Notes: generated by a model from the letters alone, not told the origin. A stretch of DNA of 64,000 bases from Eledone cirrhosa (GCA_964016885.1 CAXHJY010001326.1:23931-87930); one strand, 5' to 3'. Shown: positions 13,633-28,191, counted from the stretch's first letter. Made by a program: numbers and translations.

Positions 13633-13909
13633 TATTATTAGAAGATTACTGCTATTGTTTATGTGTATAAAGGTGCCTATATGTGGATGTATGTATATAT
13701 GTATGTATATAGGTATGAATTTTTATCCTTACATGAGTTAATATACGTACGCAAGTACGTATGTTTATTAGTACGTGCATATAAGTATGGACATATATAC
13801 ATATATATATATATATGTATATATATTCATATATACATATCTACTAATATATACATATATATCTAGACATATTTCATCAGTGACTGATAATCTTAAAATC
13901 CAATTCAGT

Positions 13910-14120
13910 TACGAATGACACCATGGGTTTTGTACATATAATGTTCTCTGAGACACAAGCCATAAGACCAGTAACTGCTCATACATACTTGTCTCCCCTC
14001 GCCATGTCTCTGACATTGTCCAAGGGAAAGGCAAAGGCTGATACAGCTTAGCACCATTGACATGGCAACTCATTTCCAGCTGAATGAACTAGAGCAATGT
14101 CAAATAACATGTCTTGCTCA
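13910..14120 (-). mobile_element. SINE family B2 fragment
   Basis: GTCCAAGGGAAAGGCAA...GATACAGCTT...CAACTCATTTCCAGCTGAATGAACT matches 22345-22678. Confidence 0.7.
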
Positions 14121-14624
14121 TGTATATATTTATGTGTGTGTGTGTGTGTGCGTATATATATTAACACTTAACATTTAATATTCTACCATACTATTTCATT
14201 ATAATATCATTATAATTTTAAAGGATTGTAAATAAAATGAGTAAATCAGACAAAGTTGGAATTCCTTTTATTAATATAATCTTCTATACACAATCATACA
14301 CACCCGTGTATATATATATTCATAATTACGCATGATGTGGAACTAGCCTGCTTTTAAATTCCCTTTTGGCATATTGTAAACAGTGGTTTAGGGTTATCAT
14401 GTGTTTAAACTCTGCTGATGATCGATTCCAACCGTGACCATCCCCACTGAAAGTTTCGTGAAATAGTCTTTTAAGACTATACAGAGCATTTGTAGTTTTT
14501 CCAAATTGAAGGATGAGTATTTTAAACTTTATTTTATTCTGAGTTAAGGCTCTATTAATTTTTCCCTGGATTTCACCAAATTCTGTAGATGAATCTATAT
14601 CCTGATTCTTTTTGAATATATATC

Positions 14625-14729
14625 ATTTAATATGGAAATGGTTTCTATAGGACTAGGACTGATTCAACTGTGACGATTCTATATGAACGAAACAGTTCTA
14701 GTCCTGTGAAAGCTATTTCTATATTAAAT
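14625..14729 (+). other. 105-nt hairpin (37-bp arms), candidate structured RNA
   Basis: 14625-14661 pairs with 14693-14729; 6 of 7 arm differences are G-U compatible on the + strand. Confidence 0.6.
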
Positions 14730-15355
14730 AATTATGTTTACAATCTACTAAAGTATAGAGTACCTTTTTAACTGTGGTTACACCCGACTTTACTCAGGAT
14801 CTACACACACACATTATATCTATATCTATATATATATATATGAACTGCTATATATATATGTGAACTGCTACAAATAAAGAGCGTCATGAATATATTTCCC
14901 ATTCACACATTGATTATATTTCAAAGCAGTAAAATAAAAAGAACAAAATGTACAAAAACAAACAAAATCAACAGCAAAAATATATACAACAACATAATCA
15001 TCTTGTTTCCATTATATGCATTTCTAAGATAATATATCCTTTTAATAACCAGCATATTCATGTTTTCATTGCTTTTTGTTTTGCTTCTTGTTGTGTTATA
15101 GTTGTTATTTGTTCTTAGTTTTGAGATTCTATTTTGTAATTCCATCTCCTGAGATTTTGGTTTTTCAGACTCAGGAAATTTACTAATTCATTTCAAATAT
15201 ATCTTTCAAATTTTAATTATTCTCGTTTTAACGAAACATCAGATATTTCAATTTCTTTTGTCTAACAATAAATTCTTTCCTCTCATAAACTCACAATGTG
15301 TGTGCATGTGTGTGTGTGTGTATATATATATATATACTCATATATATATTCACAC

Positions 15356-15386
<31 letters not shown>

Positions 15387-16585
15387 TGAATACATAAATA
15401 TATATATATATACATGCACAGATATTTTTGTGTCTAAGCATGCATAATTGACACAGCATGGCGAAATGTTTACTTAATTCTTTTTACATTCACACAGGCC
15501 TGGGTTCAATCCTATGGCAGAAAATTTTGGAAAAGTATCTTTTACCATAGACTCTCATAAACACACATATTGTCAATGAAATTGCTCAGAAGTTTGTATG
15601 ATGGATTGTGTCTCTAATTCTTATGGACAGGCTTGTCCCACACTGATTCTGCCTGATAATAATGTTCAGCATACATAAATCTGTGGAACACTCAATCATA
15701 TACCTGCACACAGCATATATACCTATGTATATATTGTGCCTCTATTTTATTTACACCATTTTCAATGTAACAAGTATTTTGAATTGAGGTTTTGTAGGTC
15801 TACTACTAAGTAAATTGCACACTAGTTTTTCACATTGTATTTTTGTGGAAAAAATTTGACTTTTCCACAAGTGTATGCAGTGTGAATATATAAGTAATGC
15901 GTGTGTGTGTGTGTATGTGTACACACACAATATAACAGGAAAAGAGAAAGGGATGATGAGAAGGTGGGAAAAAGGGAAGGAGGGGTGGTAGAAAATAATG
16001 AATGAGTGAGAAATATTAGGTGTGCGAGAGATAAAACAGGTATTAAACCAAGAGAAAAACACAGGGAGAGGGAGTGAGCGAGAGAGAGACACTGTGTAAA
16101 TGTTAGAGATATGTGAAGGAGAACTACTTCCAATAATCAACACAAACAGGCCCTGTAGGGAGAATTTGAACCAATTATCTTCATGTTAGGAGAATATGCT
16201 TAAACCAAGTGAGCAGAAATACCAACAAACTTCTCCAGTCAGTCGGCAATATATGTGTACATAAGAAAACTATGACACGGCCCACAGTAAACATGAGAGT
16301 CAACCTAGCAAAGATACAAGTAGGCCAGACAAGACCAGACCAACAGAAGAACTATGGTGGAAAAATAAACACATCACTGTTGATCTTAAAACATTGCAAG
16401 TCTTAATTCACTGAAGCAGCAATAGTGTAACAGTGTTTATCAAAACAGTAGTTAATTAAGCACTGAAACCAGCAGAGCTTTCTTCCTGTTGCCTTTTTAT
16501 ATTTTATTTAATTTCTTCACCATACACCTTAGAACATTCCTCCATTCTTCTGTGTTTGATGATGTTCATATTATCATCATCATCA

Positions 16586-16635
<50 letters not shown>

Positions 16636-16956
16636 GTTATTGATGTTGTTGTTGTTTTTGTAGTGTTGTTTTTGTTGTTGTTGTTGTTGTTGTTGTACAT
16701 TGATTTGAAGAGAACTGGTGTTTTGCAATGAAATCTTTAATTTGTGTAAAATACCAAAAGGAAACAGAAGTCTGTTTGTGGAATCATCTATGAGTTAAAC
16801 AATCTTTGATTGTCATGTTTAATACTGTCACTGGAAAATGATGCCTGAACATGTTATTGTAATACAACACAACAAACAGCACGTATTTCTTCACAAGGCA
16901 TATCATCATTATTATTATTATTATTATTACTATTATTAATGGTGATAGAATAGTAA

Positions 16957-17890
16957 GGGTGGAGGATTGGAAGAATCATGAGAGTGTCAGACAAAATGCC
17001 TTGCAGGAATCGGACTTTTTACATTCTGTGTTCAAATTTGACTAATGTCAACTTTGTTTATCATCCATCCAAAATTGATAAAATAAAGTACAAGTTAAGA
17101 ATTGGGGTCAATATAAAATAAGGTATCATGTTCAATATAACCGACTTTCTCCATTAAAAAATTAAGGCCTTGTACCTGAATTAGAAACTATTATTATTAT
17201 TATTATTGTGTGTTCTTCTCTATATATTATGAAGAGCCCGGTACTTATACGGTGGATTGGCAGTATCGGTAGAGGGTCGGCGCCATGCTTTGCAACAAAG
17301 AGTTACGGCCCTTTGTGGTCTGAGTTCAAATCCCGCCGAGGTTAACTTTGCCTTTCATCCTTTAGGGGTCGATAAAATAAAGTACCAGTCACGCACTGGG
17401 GTCAATTTCATTGACTTTTCCCTCCCCCCAAAATTGCTGGCCTTGTGTCTATATAAGAAACCATTATTATTATTAAAATATGGAGGGTGGTTGATTGGCA
17501 GTATCAGTAGAGGGTTGGACGCCATGCTTTCTAGCATAGAGTTACGTCCCTTTATGATCTGAGTTCAAATCCCGCCGCGGTTAACAACTTTGCCTTTCAT
17601 CCTTACGGGGTCGATAAAATAAAGTACTAGTAATGCACTGGGTTATTGCTGGCCTTGTGCCTAAAGTAGAAACAATTATTATTAAAATATGGCAGTAGAT
17701 TGACAGTATCAGTAGAGCATCAAACAACATGCTTTGTGAAATATAGTTACAGCACTCTAGGTTCTGATTTCAAATCCCGCTGAGGTTAGCTTTGCTTTTA
17801 AAGTATCAATAACACAATAGGATTGCTTTAATCGACTTTCTTCTCTTCCCAAATTGTTAGCCTTGAGCCTAAATCAGAAACCATTATTAG
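16957..17890 (+). mobile_element. head-to-tail cluster of four SINE A copies of different ages
   Basis: Copies at ~16957-17190, 17249-17463, 17482-17675 and 17690-17883, separated by (ATT)n. Confidence 0.85.
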
Positions 17891-18604
17891 AATATCACCA
17901 ATTAATCTATAAGATTTTAAGAAGAATCACATATTTTTCCCACTGAATACCGAAGTGAGATGTCCCAGGCATATACTTATTTTCTACATATCACTAAACT
18001 GAAACATATTACACCAGTTTCAGTGTGGAAGTGAATATTATTCAGGTTTCGTTTTCACTGTAAAAATCGCACTCCTATTGTCTTTGATCTGTTTTGAACA
18101 ACTGGGAATTGGTAATAAAATCATTAAGTAATCATCATCATCATCATCGTTTTTACGTCCATTTCCACATGAGCATGGGTTGGAGTTGTGAAACAAAAAC
18201 TATATTCTAAATGACAATTAAAACATTTTAAATATAAAAATATTAAAACTGTATAAATATATTTAATGCTCATGAGAATTTCAAAACAACATCTAAACAT
18301 GATGTGTTGATTACCTGCCTCAGTTTATTAAATGGGTTTGGATTTTTGCCTATTTCTCAGACAAAATAGGGGGCGGCTTATATTCCAGTATATATATAAT
18401 ATAATAATGATGCGGTTTTTTGATGCTATGATTTTTATGGTTGAATACCCATTCCTGATGCCAAAGATTTTTATCACCTTTTATGGCAACTATTCTAAAC
18501 TATTCTACACATAACATTAAACAGCCATAATTTTGAAGACATCACACTATCAACACATAAGTCTTAATTATTTTGAACAAGAATAACAAAACATTATTAC
18601 CTCT

Positions 18605-18948
18605 CATCATCATCATCATCATTTCATTTTACGTCTGCTTTTCCCTACTTGCAAGGGTGGGACGGGAACTGATTCTGGCTTGATTTCTACAGCTGGATGC
18701 CCTTCCTAACACCAACCTCATTTACAGTGAGTGCTGGGTGCTTTTTTGCCGTGGCACCTCCACGACCACTTTGCAGTGGAATGATAGGGACCCCAGCCCC
18801 AACCATCTCATTTCTACAGCTGAGCAAACTGGAGCAATGTGAAATAAAATGTCTTGCTCAAGGAAACAACACATCATCCGGTCTGAGAATTGAACTCACA
18901 ACCTTTCGATTGCAAGGCCAATGCTCTAACCACTAAGCCATGTGCCTC
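18605..18948 (-). mobile_element. SINE family B
   Basis: Highly similar to 11584-11938. Confidence 0.9.
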
Positions 18949-19339
18949 CTATATACATGTTAATCAACTTGATACAAGGATATGAATCCTTGTCTATTAA
19001 TTGCCATACACACATCAATAACATTGATAATTTATAGCTGATATTATCAATATGATGTTTCATAATACAGCATGATATTAATTAATTAACTATATTAATA
19101 TCATCACCATCATCATTAATGTATCATTATCTAACACTAGGATATTATCAACATGTTTCAATAGCAAAATTTACTAATGATATAACTTTCATTTTCGCTT
19201 TCCATCTTCATAGGTGCTGGCATAGTTGTAGCTGTGTGGTTAGGATGTTTAGTTTGAAACCATAATGTTTAGGGATCCATTGCACAGTCCAGCAAAATGT
19301 CTTACTAAAGCCTTCAGCAATATTTGCCTTGTGAGTGAA

Positions 19340-20025
19340 TTTTTAGCTCTTTCAAAGAGTTATCCCTTTCTGCATATGCTGCAGCAAATAAAAAAAGAAA
19401 AGGTCATGCTCGTGCAGCACACATGAAAGTCATTTAGATCAAGTGATACCTGCGCTCGAAGCTATTTTAAGTTAAGAAAGGCCTTGTACTGGACCAATCC
19501 CACTCTCTGAACAATAGTGTCCAAAAATAGAACAGTATGCATGGTGGAACCAATGTGATCTGATTTGTGAATATGGTAACATATGCCAAGATGCAAGGAA
19601 ACTTGGAGTAACGTTACACCATCGAATTTTATGTTAAACCTAAGAAAATCAAACCTATGGAATGCTAGAGGAGAGCTATGGGGGAGAAAACAAGTTTCTA
19701 AATATGATTCACGTTATTTTCTGAAGGAAATGACAGGTTGGGGATGAAAGCAGATGTGGAGCACTAAACAGCACACGAAAGGAGGAAAACACTGAGTGTT
19801 AGTGATGCAAAACCATCAAGTAACTGTGAGGATGACATCTGAAGCTATTGGCACAGTAGTCACAATTTTGACCAAAAGTCATGAGCTCCACAAAATCTGC
19901 ACCAAGTTCACGTCAAAGATCCTCACCCACGACCAAAGATAGTTTTGTGTGGAATGTTGCACTGACATTCCTGATATGATAGTGACTAATTCTGGTTTCC
20001 TGAATAAAGTAGTGACTTGTAACAT
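19340..20025 (+). pseudogene. second, heavily decayed mariner transposase
   Basis: From ~19590, across frameshifts: MQGNLE*RYTIEFYVK..YGMLEESYG..VTVRMTSEAIG..HKICTKFTSKILTHDQR*FCVECC..FLNKVVTC; boundaries approximate. Confidence 0.7.
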
Positions 20026-20885
20026 TATTTTAAGTATGGTGCTTGCTTCATTCATCTACCTATTGGACTGGTGAGATGCATGGCCTAAACAAACTGCACC
20101 ACTTGCTTAAACGGTGTCATTGTAAAGACATGTGGAGACTCACAAAAACACACGTGTGTGTGTGTGCATGTGTATTCAATTGGCTTTGCCACACTTTGTG
20201 TCAACCAAATTTCAATTGTAAATCATTGGTCAGCCCAAGGTTAAAAATTCCTGGCAAAGGTGCCACACATTGGGACAATATCAGACAACATGTTTGTGAA
20301 GTAATCTTTATAACCACATAATCAGATGTGCATATATAATATACACAAACACTCAGACACACTCACTATTATCAGCTGCTTTGTTACCTAATTTACTACA
20401 TTTTGTCTTTTATCTCTTCGTTATGTATATATATGTAACAGCCAGGAAATAACTGTTGGAATTTAGCTACTTGATGTTCTTTAGTGTTGGACGATTCATC
20501 ATCTTACATAGATTATAGATGATCAACAAATGGCCTACAATATTCTCCAAGGATATTAAGACAGCATTTGTCATTAAATGAATCAAAACTTTCCCCATGA
20601 TAATTAAGTGTTAATATATCTTTGTCGTTTGTTCTCTATGTAATTTATTAGTCCCTCAACTTCTTCATAACAGCAGATACAATAGTGAATCACAAATTGG
20701 ATCATCCTTTGGGAATTTTAATGATTCCAAATGAAAGATTTTTTCAATTTAGAAAATGACACTATGTAAGATCAAACTTAAGTGAAACTATATGTGTTTG
20801 CTTTGCATCCATGTGGGTTCAGATTCAATTCCACTCTATGGCACCTTGGGCAAGTATCTTTTATTATAAACTCTGGTTAAACTTG

Positions 20886-21217
20886 TGAAGGCACATGGAT
20901 TAGTGGTTAGAGCATTGAGCTTACAATTGGAAGGTTGTGAGTTTGATTCTCGGATTGGGTGATGCGTTATGTCCTTGAGCAAGACACTTTATTTCACGCG
21001 GCTCCAGTTTACTCAGCTGTAGAAATGAGTTGCAACATCAAGTATCAAGCTGTATCGGCCATTGCCTTTCCCTTGGATATCATCGGTGGAGTGGAGAGGG
21101 AAGCATGGTATGCATGGGTGACTGCTGGTCTTCCACAAACAACCTTGTTCGGACTTGTGCCTCTGAGGAAAATTTTCTAGGTGCAAATCCCATGGTCATT
21201 TGTGTCCAAAGGGGGAC
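20886..21217 (+). mobile_element. SINE family B2 (same head and CORE, different tail)
   Basis: GGCACATGGATTAGTGGTTAGAGC head, CORE-like segment, tail ...GTGCCTCTGAGG...TTTCTAGGTGCAAATCCCATGGTCATT. Confidence 0.85.
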
Positions 21218-21509
21218 TTAACTTGGTTAACCAATAATTTATGGGTGAGATTTGGTAGATGGAAACTGTGTGGAAGCATCTTATGCATGTGAGTTTTGTC
21301 CCACAAATTAAAAGTTTCACAAAAAAGATATTGATAAATTAAGTACCAGACTTGAAAATAATATGTAGTAGGATTCACATGACTGATTGTATTGAAGAAA
21401 CATCTTATCTAGTGTTGTATGACAGACTACATCTACCAAATCTTTCACCATATCCAAACACGCACACACATATATGTGTTATGTGCATGTTTGTGTGTGT
21501 ATATAATAA

Positions 21510-21790
21510 TAATTGTTTCTACTTTTGGCATAAGACCAGCAATTATCTTAGTGCATTACTGATACTATATTTTATTGATCCTATAAGGCCAGACATTTTG
21601 GAGGGAGGGGCAAGTCGATTAAATGATCCCCAGTATATCAGTGGTGCTTTATTTTATCGACCCCATTAGGAGGAAAGGCAAAGTTAACCTCAGCGGGTTT
21701 TGAACTCAGAACTTAAAGGCCATAACTCTATGCTGCAAAGAAGTGTGTCTGAGGCTTTATCGATACAGCCAAGGAACAAAGTATCAATAC
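21510..21790 (-). mobile_element. SINE family A (nested or rearranged copies)
   Basis: Two overlapping family A 3' segments in reverse. Confidence 0.7.
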
Positions 21791-22172
21791 AGCACCATTA
21801 TGTTTATTCACATGTCCAGGAATCAGAACCCAAACTTTATGATTTTGAGACCAACAGCCAAAATACTGTGTATTTGTATGTGCATATATGTGGCATCTGT
21901 CTCTTCTTTGCTTAATGATTTCCATTCCTGCAATTTTGTCTGTACATTTTTTTACCATGTTTGTTCCTATTTTGTTACTCCTTTAATTTATTCATCTATA
22001 TATCATATATTGCTCTATCTCTCGCTCTATATATATTATATATATATATATCTTTGGATAAACATCCATTGAGCTTTTCGAGAAACACAAGCATCATACA
22101 TAGTATATATGTTGTGACACCTTAAATTAGCATACATATATATTATATATACTTATATAGATACATGCACAC

Positions 22173-22224
<52 letters not shown>

Positions 22225-22328
22225 TTTGCAAACTAACTGAAGAAAGGATTAACTACCAAACTAATAATAATACTGTGGTGCATATATTTTTATTGGCAAC
22301 ATGACCCACCCAAATTATAACAATATAT
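22225..22328 (+). mobile_element. short 3'-terminal fragment of the PLE family at 36710-37560
   Basis: TTATTGGCAACATGACCCWCCCAAAKTATAACAATATAT shared with ~37523-37561; flanked by (TA)n. Confidence 0.7.
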
Positions 22329-22344
22329 AGGGTAAAGGGTAAAT

Positions 22345-22678
22345 ACCCCCTTTAGTCACAAATGGCCCTGGGATTTGCATCTAGAAAGCTTTCCTCAGAG
22401 GCACAAGTTCGGGCAAGGTTATTTGTGGAAGATCACCAGTCACTTATGCATAACAGTTTCCTCTCTCCATGCCACTGATGTTGTCCAAGGGAAAGGCAAT
22501 GGATGATACAGCTTGGCACCAGTGACATCACAACTCATTTCTACAGCTGAGTAAACTGGAGCAATGTGAAATAAAGTGTCTTGCTCAAGGACACAACTTA
22601 TCACACAGTCCAAGGATGAAACTCACAACCACACAATTATAAGTCCAATGCTCTAACCACTAAGCCAAGTGCCTTCAT
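22345..22678 (-). mobile_element. SINE family B2
   Basis: Reverse complement of the 20886-21217 type. Confidence 0.85.
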
Positions 22679-23212
22679 GAACTATATATATATATATACA
22701 TATATAAAATACAGGTGGTTATTTAGAGATGGGCATATGTTTCATTTGTATGAGTTTTTAATTTTAATGTGTGTAGCAACATTTTGATGCACACAACATT
22801 TCAAAGCTATTCACTGGAAGCATTTTTATATGTCCAGCACCAATGCAAGAACTGCATATCAGTGCATCACATTACCAGTGACTGCTTTGTCCTTTTGCAC
22901 TGATGAAGGAGACAAGATAATGATCATGTCTCCATTAGAGAATGTTCTGGAGGTTTCTGTTGAAGGAGGCAGGCAGTACAGGTTTGACATGTCTAGGTTA
23001 TGTACATAACACACATGTGTGAGGAGGATTATGGGGAAGCATAGGAAATGGTATCATCTTCTTAAATAGAGTGGGCATTGTTTGAGGTGACAGCAGGCAG
23101 GAGTAGTTTGCTGATATATATATATATATATATACACCTATATGCAACTATATATAAATATATATATATATATTTATATATGTGTATATATATAGTTGCA
23201 TATAGGTATATA

Positions 23213-23245
<33 letters not shown>

Positions 23246-23416
23246 TGTTGCATGTAGGTATATATAATATATACATATTGTTGCATGCATGTGATTGAGT
23301 GGAGATACTTTTCTAGTAATTGTGGCAGAGAGAAAATATACATATATTTCTTATTTGCATTATAAATGTATGTATGTGTTTATTTGTATGTGTACACATA
23401 CATGCACACACACACA

Positions 23417-23507
23417 CATATGTGCATGTTTGTATTTTATATGCACATGCAATCCAGGTACAATAATCAAACACACAGATGCATAATTACACACATTCAT
23501 ATGTGTG

Positions 23508-23553
<46 letters not shown>

Positions 23554-23657
23554 TATGCACACAAATATATGTATATTTGAATGTATGTAATTATGCATCT
23601 GTGTGTTTGACGATTGTAGCTGGATTGCATGTGCATATAAAACACAATGCACATATG
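23417..23657. repeat. ~80-bp inverted repeat flanking a (TA)n tract
   Basis: ATATGCACATGCAATCCAG...TCAAACACACAGATGCATAATTACA mirrored by TGTAATTATGCATCTGTGTGTTTGA...CTGGATTGCATGTGCATAT. Confidence 0.8.
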
Positions 23658-23977
23658 TAGCCATATGCAAGTGGGACGGGATGGGAAGAAGGGGCTACTA
23701 AGATGATTGGGCTAGTAGACAGCAAGATATGCAAATCAACCCACAATCATCTACAAGCTACAGCCACCTAGTGCAACATTAATTTATCAACTGGCTTTCT
23801 TTTTCTCTTTTGTTTCCAGATTATGTATGTGTGTGGTTGTATACATACACACCCACATATCCATATACACACACAGGCATATATATATACATCTACACAC
23901 ATATACCTATGTCTAATATATATATATATATATATACATGTCTATATATGTAGATATTGTCCATATAAATATATATA

Positions 23978-24025
<48 letters not shown>

Positions 24026-24639
24026 CACATATATATATATACATACACATATATATATACATACACACACATATACATATACACATATATATATATACAC
24101 ACACATATACACACACACACATATACACACCCACACACACACATATATATATATATATATGCATATATTTATGCATATGTTTGTGTGTGTGTGTGTGTAT
24201 GTTATTTGCTCCATACATTGATTAGCCTGAAAGCAGATAATCAATAAGCTGTCAACCAATCTTGTGTAGCCATTGTGAGCAACTGCCATTGTCCACCGAA
24301 TGAAGATTGGCAACTTAGAAATAAAAAAGATGGGGACAAAGGACTCTTAGTATATACTGCTTTGTATTCTTTATCATATATATATATACTCGTGAGATAT
24401 ATATACATATAAATGTACACATGTATATCTCAATAGTATATACATACATATATCCATACATGTACCACATGTATATATCAGAAATATCTATTTCACTAGT
24501 ATCAACATACATAGTGTTATATATTTATATACATACACTGAGTAGGATGTACATGCATATTTACACTGAGTAGTGTATACATATATGCATACATACATTT
24601 TCAATGTATATTTATATGAGATATCTATCTCAGTAGTAT

Positions 24640-24741
24640 GTACATATGTAGTGTATATATATATATATATGCATATGGTTATATATATATATGCATATGG
24701 TTATATATATATATATATGCTTATATATATATATATATATG

Positions 24742-24774
<33 letters not shown>

Positions 24775-24875
24775 ATATATATATATGTTATATATATATA
24801 TGTTATATATATATATGTTATATATATATATGTTATATATATATATATATGTTATATATATATATATATATATGG

Positions 24876-24922
<47 letters not shown>

Positions 24923-24981
24923 ATATATAATATATAAGATCAAAAGATGGTTAAATGAGTTCCATGTATTTTATTATGCGC

Positions 24982-25040
<59 letters not shown>

Positions 25041-25080
25041 TTATATATATTTATATATATATATATATATGCATATATGG

Positions 25081-25129
<49 letters not shown>

Positions 25130-25136
25130 TATGGTT

Positions 25137-25167
<31 letters not shown>

Positions 25168-25170
25168 AAT
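24640..25170. repeat. long interrupted (TA)n microsatellite
   Basis: (TA)n punctuated by GT/GGT/GC, including a run of 14-bp TGTTATATATATAT units. Confidence 0.9.
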
Positions 25171-25549
25171 ACAATCATTTTTGTACCAGAAGTACATACA
25201 GCCCATAGTACATATACATATATATCTTCAAACATCCATCCATGTATACAAGTTCAATATGGTGTGTATGTGCTGTGTGTGTGATGTTTTATCAAACTAT
25301 ATCTATATGACAAGACTCCTTACTTGTTGGGATGGTGTTGGAGGACTATATCTCAATGGAGTGTCAATTGTTCTTATAACTTCCAATGTCATTGTGACCT
25401 AAGCTGAGCAGTAGAAAACATGAAGTGAGGAAAGTTTCTAGGTTCACTTTTTAGGATAAATTTTATTTATTTAAAAATAAAGTTACATGGATTAATAATT
25501 ATTTCCTTTAATCTACTAACTCTTCTTATTTTTTTAATTATTATCATCT

Positions 25550-26119
25550 GTAGAACATCGGACACCATTTTTTGTGGCATAGAGTTACGTCTCTTTACGT
25601 ACTGAGTTCAAATGCTGCCTAGGTCAACTTTACCTTTCATCCTTATAGGGTTGAGAAAATAAACTACAAATAATGCACTGGCATTGGTTTAATCGACTTT
25701 CCTCCCCGCCAAATATAGTTGTACTTGTGCCTAAATCAGAAACCATTATTATTATTTTCAGCAGTGTCAGGCAACATGCTTATGGTATAGAGTTACATCC
25801 CTTTACATGATTATTTCAAATGCTGCCAAGATTAGCTTTGACTTCCATCCTTACAGAGTCGATAAAATAAAGTTCCAATAAAAGACTGAGGTCAAGTGTA
25901 TCGCCTTTTCCCCCCAAAAGTTATTGGCCTTGTTTATTATTATTATCAGTATCGGTAGAGGGTCTGACGCCATGATATGCAGCATAGAGTTATGGCCCTT
26001 TATCGTCTGAGTTCAAATCCCGCTAAGGTTAACTTTGCCTATCATCCTTACAGGGTCGATAAAATAAAGAACCAGTAATGTACTGGGTAATTACTGGCCT
26101 TGTGCCTAAAGTAGAAACA

Positions 26120-26179
<60 letters not shown>

Positions 26180-26362
26180 GTGGTTTGGCAGTATCGGTAG
26201 AGCGCCAGACACCATGTTTGCAGCATAGAGTTATTAGCCTTTGATTCCCGAGTTGAAATCCAGCTGAGGTTAACTTTGCCCTTCATCCTTACGGAGGTCG
26301 GTAAAATAAAGCACCAGTAATGCACTGAGGTAATTGCTGGTCTTGTGCCAAAAGTAGAAACA
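25550..26362 (+). mobile_element. head-to-tail cluster of four SINE A copies
   Basis: Copies at ~25550-25745, 25760-25932, 25947-26120 and 26180-26362, separated by (ATT)n. Confidence 0.85.
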
Positions 26363-26380
26363 TTATTATTATTATTGTTA

Positions 26381-27150
26381 TGAACTTTCAGGCTGGGGCC
26401 TATGGACAATTTCCAGAAATCCTGGCAGTGCTACCGACGAGCTTTGCCAGTTCGGGATAAACTCTACAGGCATGGAAGTGCCAACAGCCATGCATGTCCG
26501 AGATGCACGCAAGGCAAACCGTCCTGCATGCACTCATCCAGTGTCTGAGCATTGCTGACTTGTGGGTTTATGTCAAACACCTGCTGTCGCATGTAGAACG
26601 GATGTGGCTATCAGCTGAGTCCATCGTGAGGATTGCCCTGCCCTCTTCCTTTAGCCGGGAAGGACAGGCAGTTATTATCTGTCTGGTGGCCATGGTGAAA
26701 GAGATACTATGGTGGACGCATCTGAAAGGGATGAAGATGAGCACTTACCTCTTCGGTGATGCCCTGATTAACTTTTTCAAATTTCATTTGAAAAGGAAAA
26801 TCAGGGTAGAGAGGGAAGTGCTCTCTTCCCAGCATTTTGTTGAAAGATGGGTGAGAGAGGCAAAAATGGCCCGAGCGAATGGGCCTACCCTGAGTATATG
26901 CCTGTAAATTGAACGTGGAAAACTGTGAGAGGGCACTTGCCCTGGTGGTCAGGGTCACCGTGGCTTTTTCTAATGGGCTTTCTCCACGATGGCCCTCGGA
27001 AGTCTCCCCCTATTGGGGTATTTTTCATTGTTCTTTTTTGTTACATCCGCTGTTTTTGTTTTTTTTACATGCAGAAATGCCCATTTGTACCGTCCTGTAC
27101 TGTCCTTAATGTCTACTTCGTGTAAACCCTTGTGGTTAATAAAGAAAGCA
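26381..27150 (+). mobile_element. L1/Tx1-clade LINE 3' fragment (ORF2 C-terminal CCHC zinc knuckle plus 3'UTR)
   Basis: Across a frameshift: WQCYRRALPVRDKLYRHG...ACPRC...TVLHALIQC...LW; LINFFKFHLKRKIRVER...FVERW; ends AATAAAGAAAGC then (ATT)n. Confidence 0.8.
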
Positions 27151-27659
27151 TTATTGTTGTTATTATTATTATTACTGATGGTTTGTATTGAAAATATGAT
27201 AATAACTGGATCTACTATCTGTTGAATCTCAACAAGGACCTTATACAGATAATAGTTTCCAGAGTATATATGCAGTGTCCAGTATGACACTTGTTGGAGA
27301 GCAATTTGTAATTTTAGATCTATTTGCCTAAGACACCTTCTCAGTGGTATGGTGCCTAAAGCTCCAATGCCAAATAGAATTACCTAGTTAAGTGGTACTG
27401 TCCACGTTTATTCAATGCTTCTGCCAACCTATCATCTAGATAATAATATGAACAATACTTTCTAACATTATTACAAGAGCAGAGGTTTGAGGAGAAGGCA
27501 GAGTAAATTACAATGATGTCAGTATTGATTGGTACCAGAAGGATGAAAGTTAATCTTGGTGTGATTTGAACTCAGAGTAAAAGAGGTTTGAAATTAATTA
27601 CTAGGCATTTTATACCATCACCAACATAACCAATAATAATAATAATAATAATAATGATT

Positions 27660-28172
27660 GTTTTCTTTATTAACTACAAAGGGTTCACATAAATTAAACA
27701 TTAAGAACAGCACACTCTGATGCAGTCTGGGTTTTTTGTGTACAAAATTTGTCAAACAAAAAACAACAAAATAAAACGTACAATTGAAGCACAAGAAAAT
27801 TTCTCAATGGGGGAGACTTCCAAGGATCAATCGTGGAGAAAGCTCACCAAAAATCATGGCTAGCCTCACAACAAGTGTCCTCCTCACAGCAAGTTGTCCT
27901 CCTCCAATCTACAGTTGTTTACTCAAAGCAAGTTTGTTCAGTCAGACAATATTCACCACTCATATCCATCTTTCAACAAACTGGCTGGAAGGCAGCATTT
28001 CCTTTGCTAAATTTTCTCTTCAAGTGAAATTGTAAAAAGTTAATCAAAGTCTCACTAACAAGGGAAAGTGCTTGTCCTCAACCCTTTCAACTGCATCTAC
28101 CACACAACCTCTTTTAACATGGCCAGCAGGCAGATGAAAATTGCCTACCCTTCTCAGCTAAGGAAGAAGTTG
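27660..28172 (-). mobile_element. second, older copy of the L1/Tx1-like 3' fragment
   Basis: Minus strand ETLINFLQFHLKRKF; 3' end CCCTTTGTAGTTAATAAAGAAAAC resembles 27127-27150. Confidence 0.75.
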
Positions 28173-28191
28173 GGAATAATAATAATAATAA

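Noticed and set aside
22900-22945. CTGATGA-A-GGAGACA...TGTCTCC half hammerhead
   Set aside because: No GAAA after the stem and no stem I/III partner
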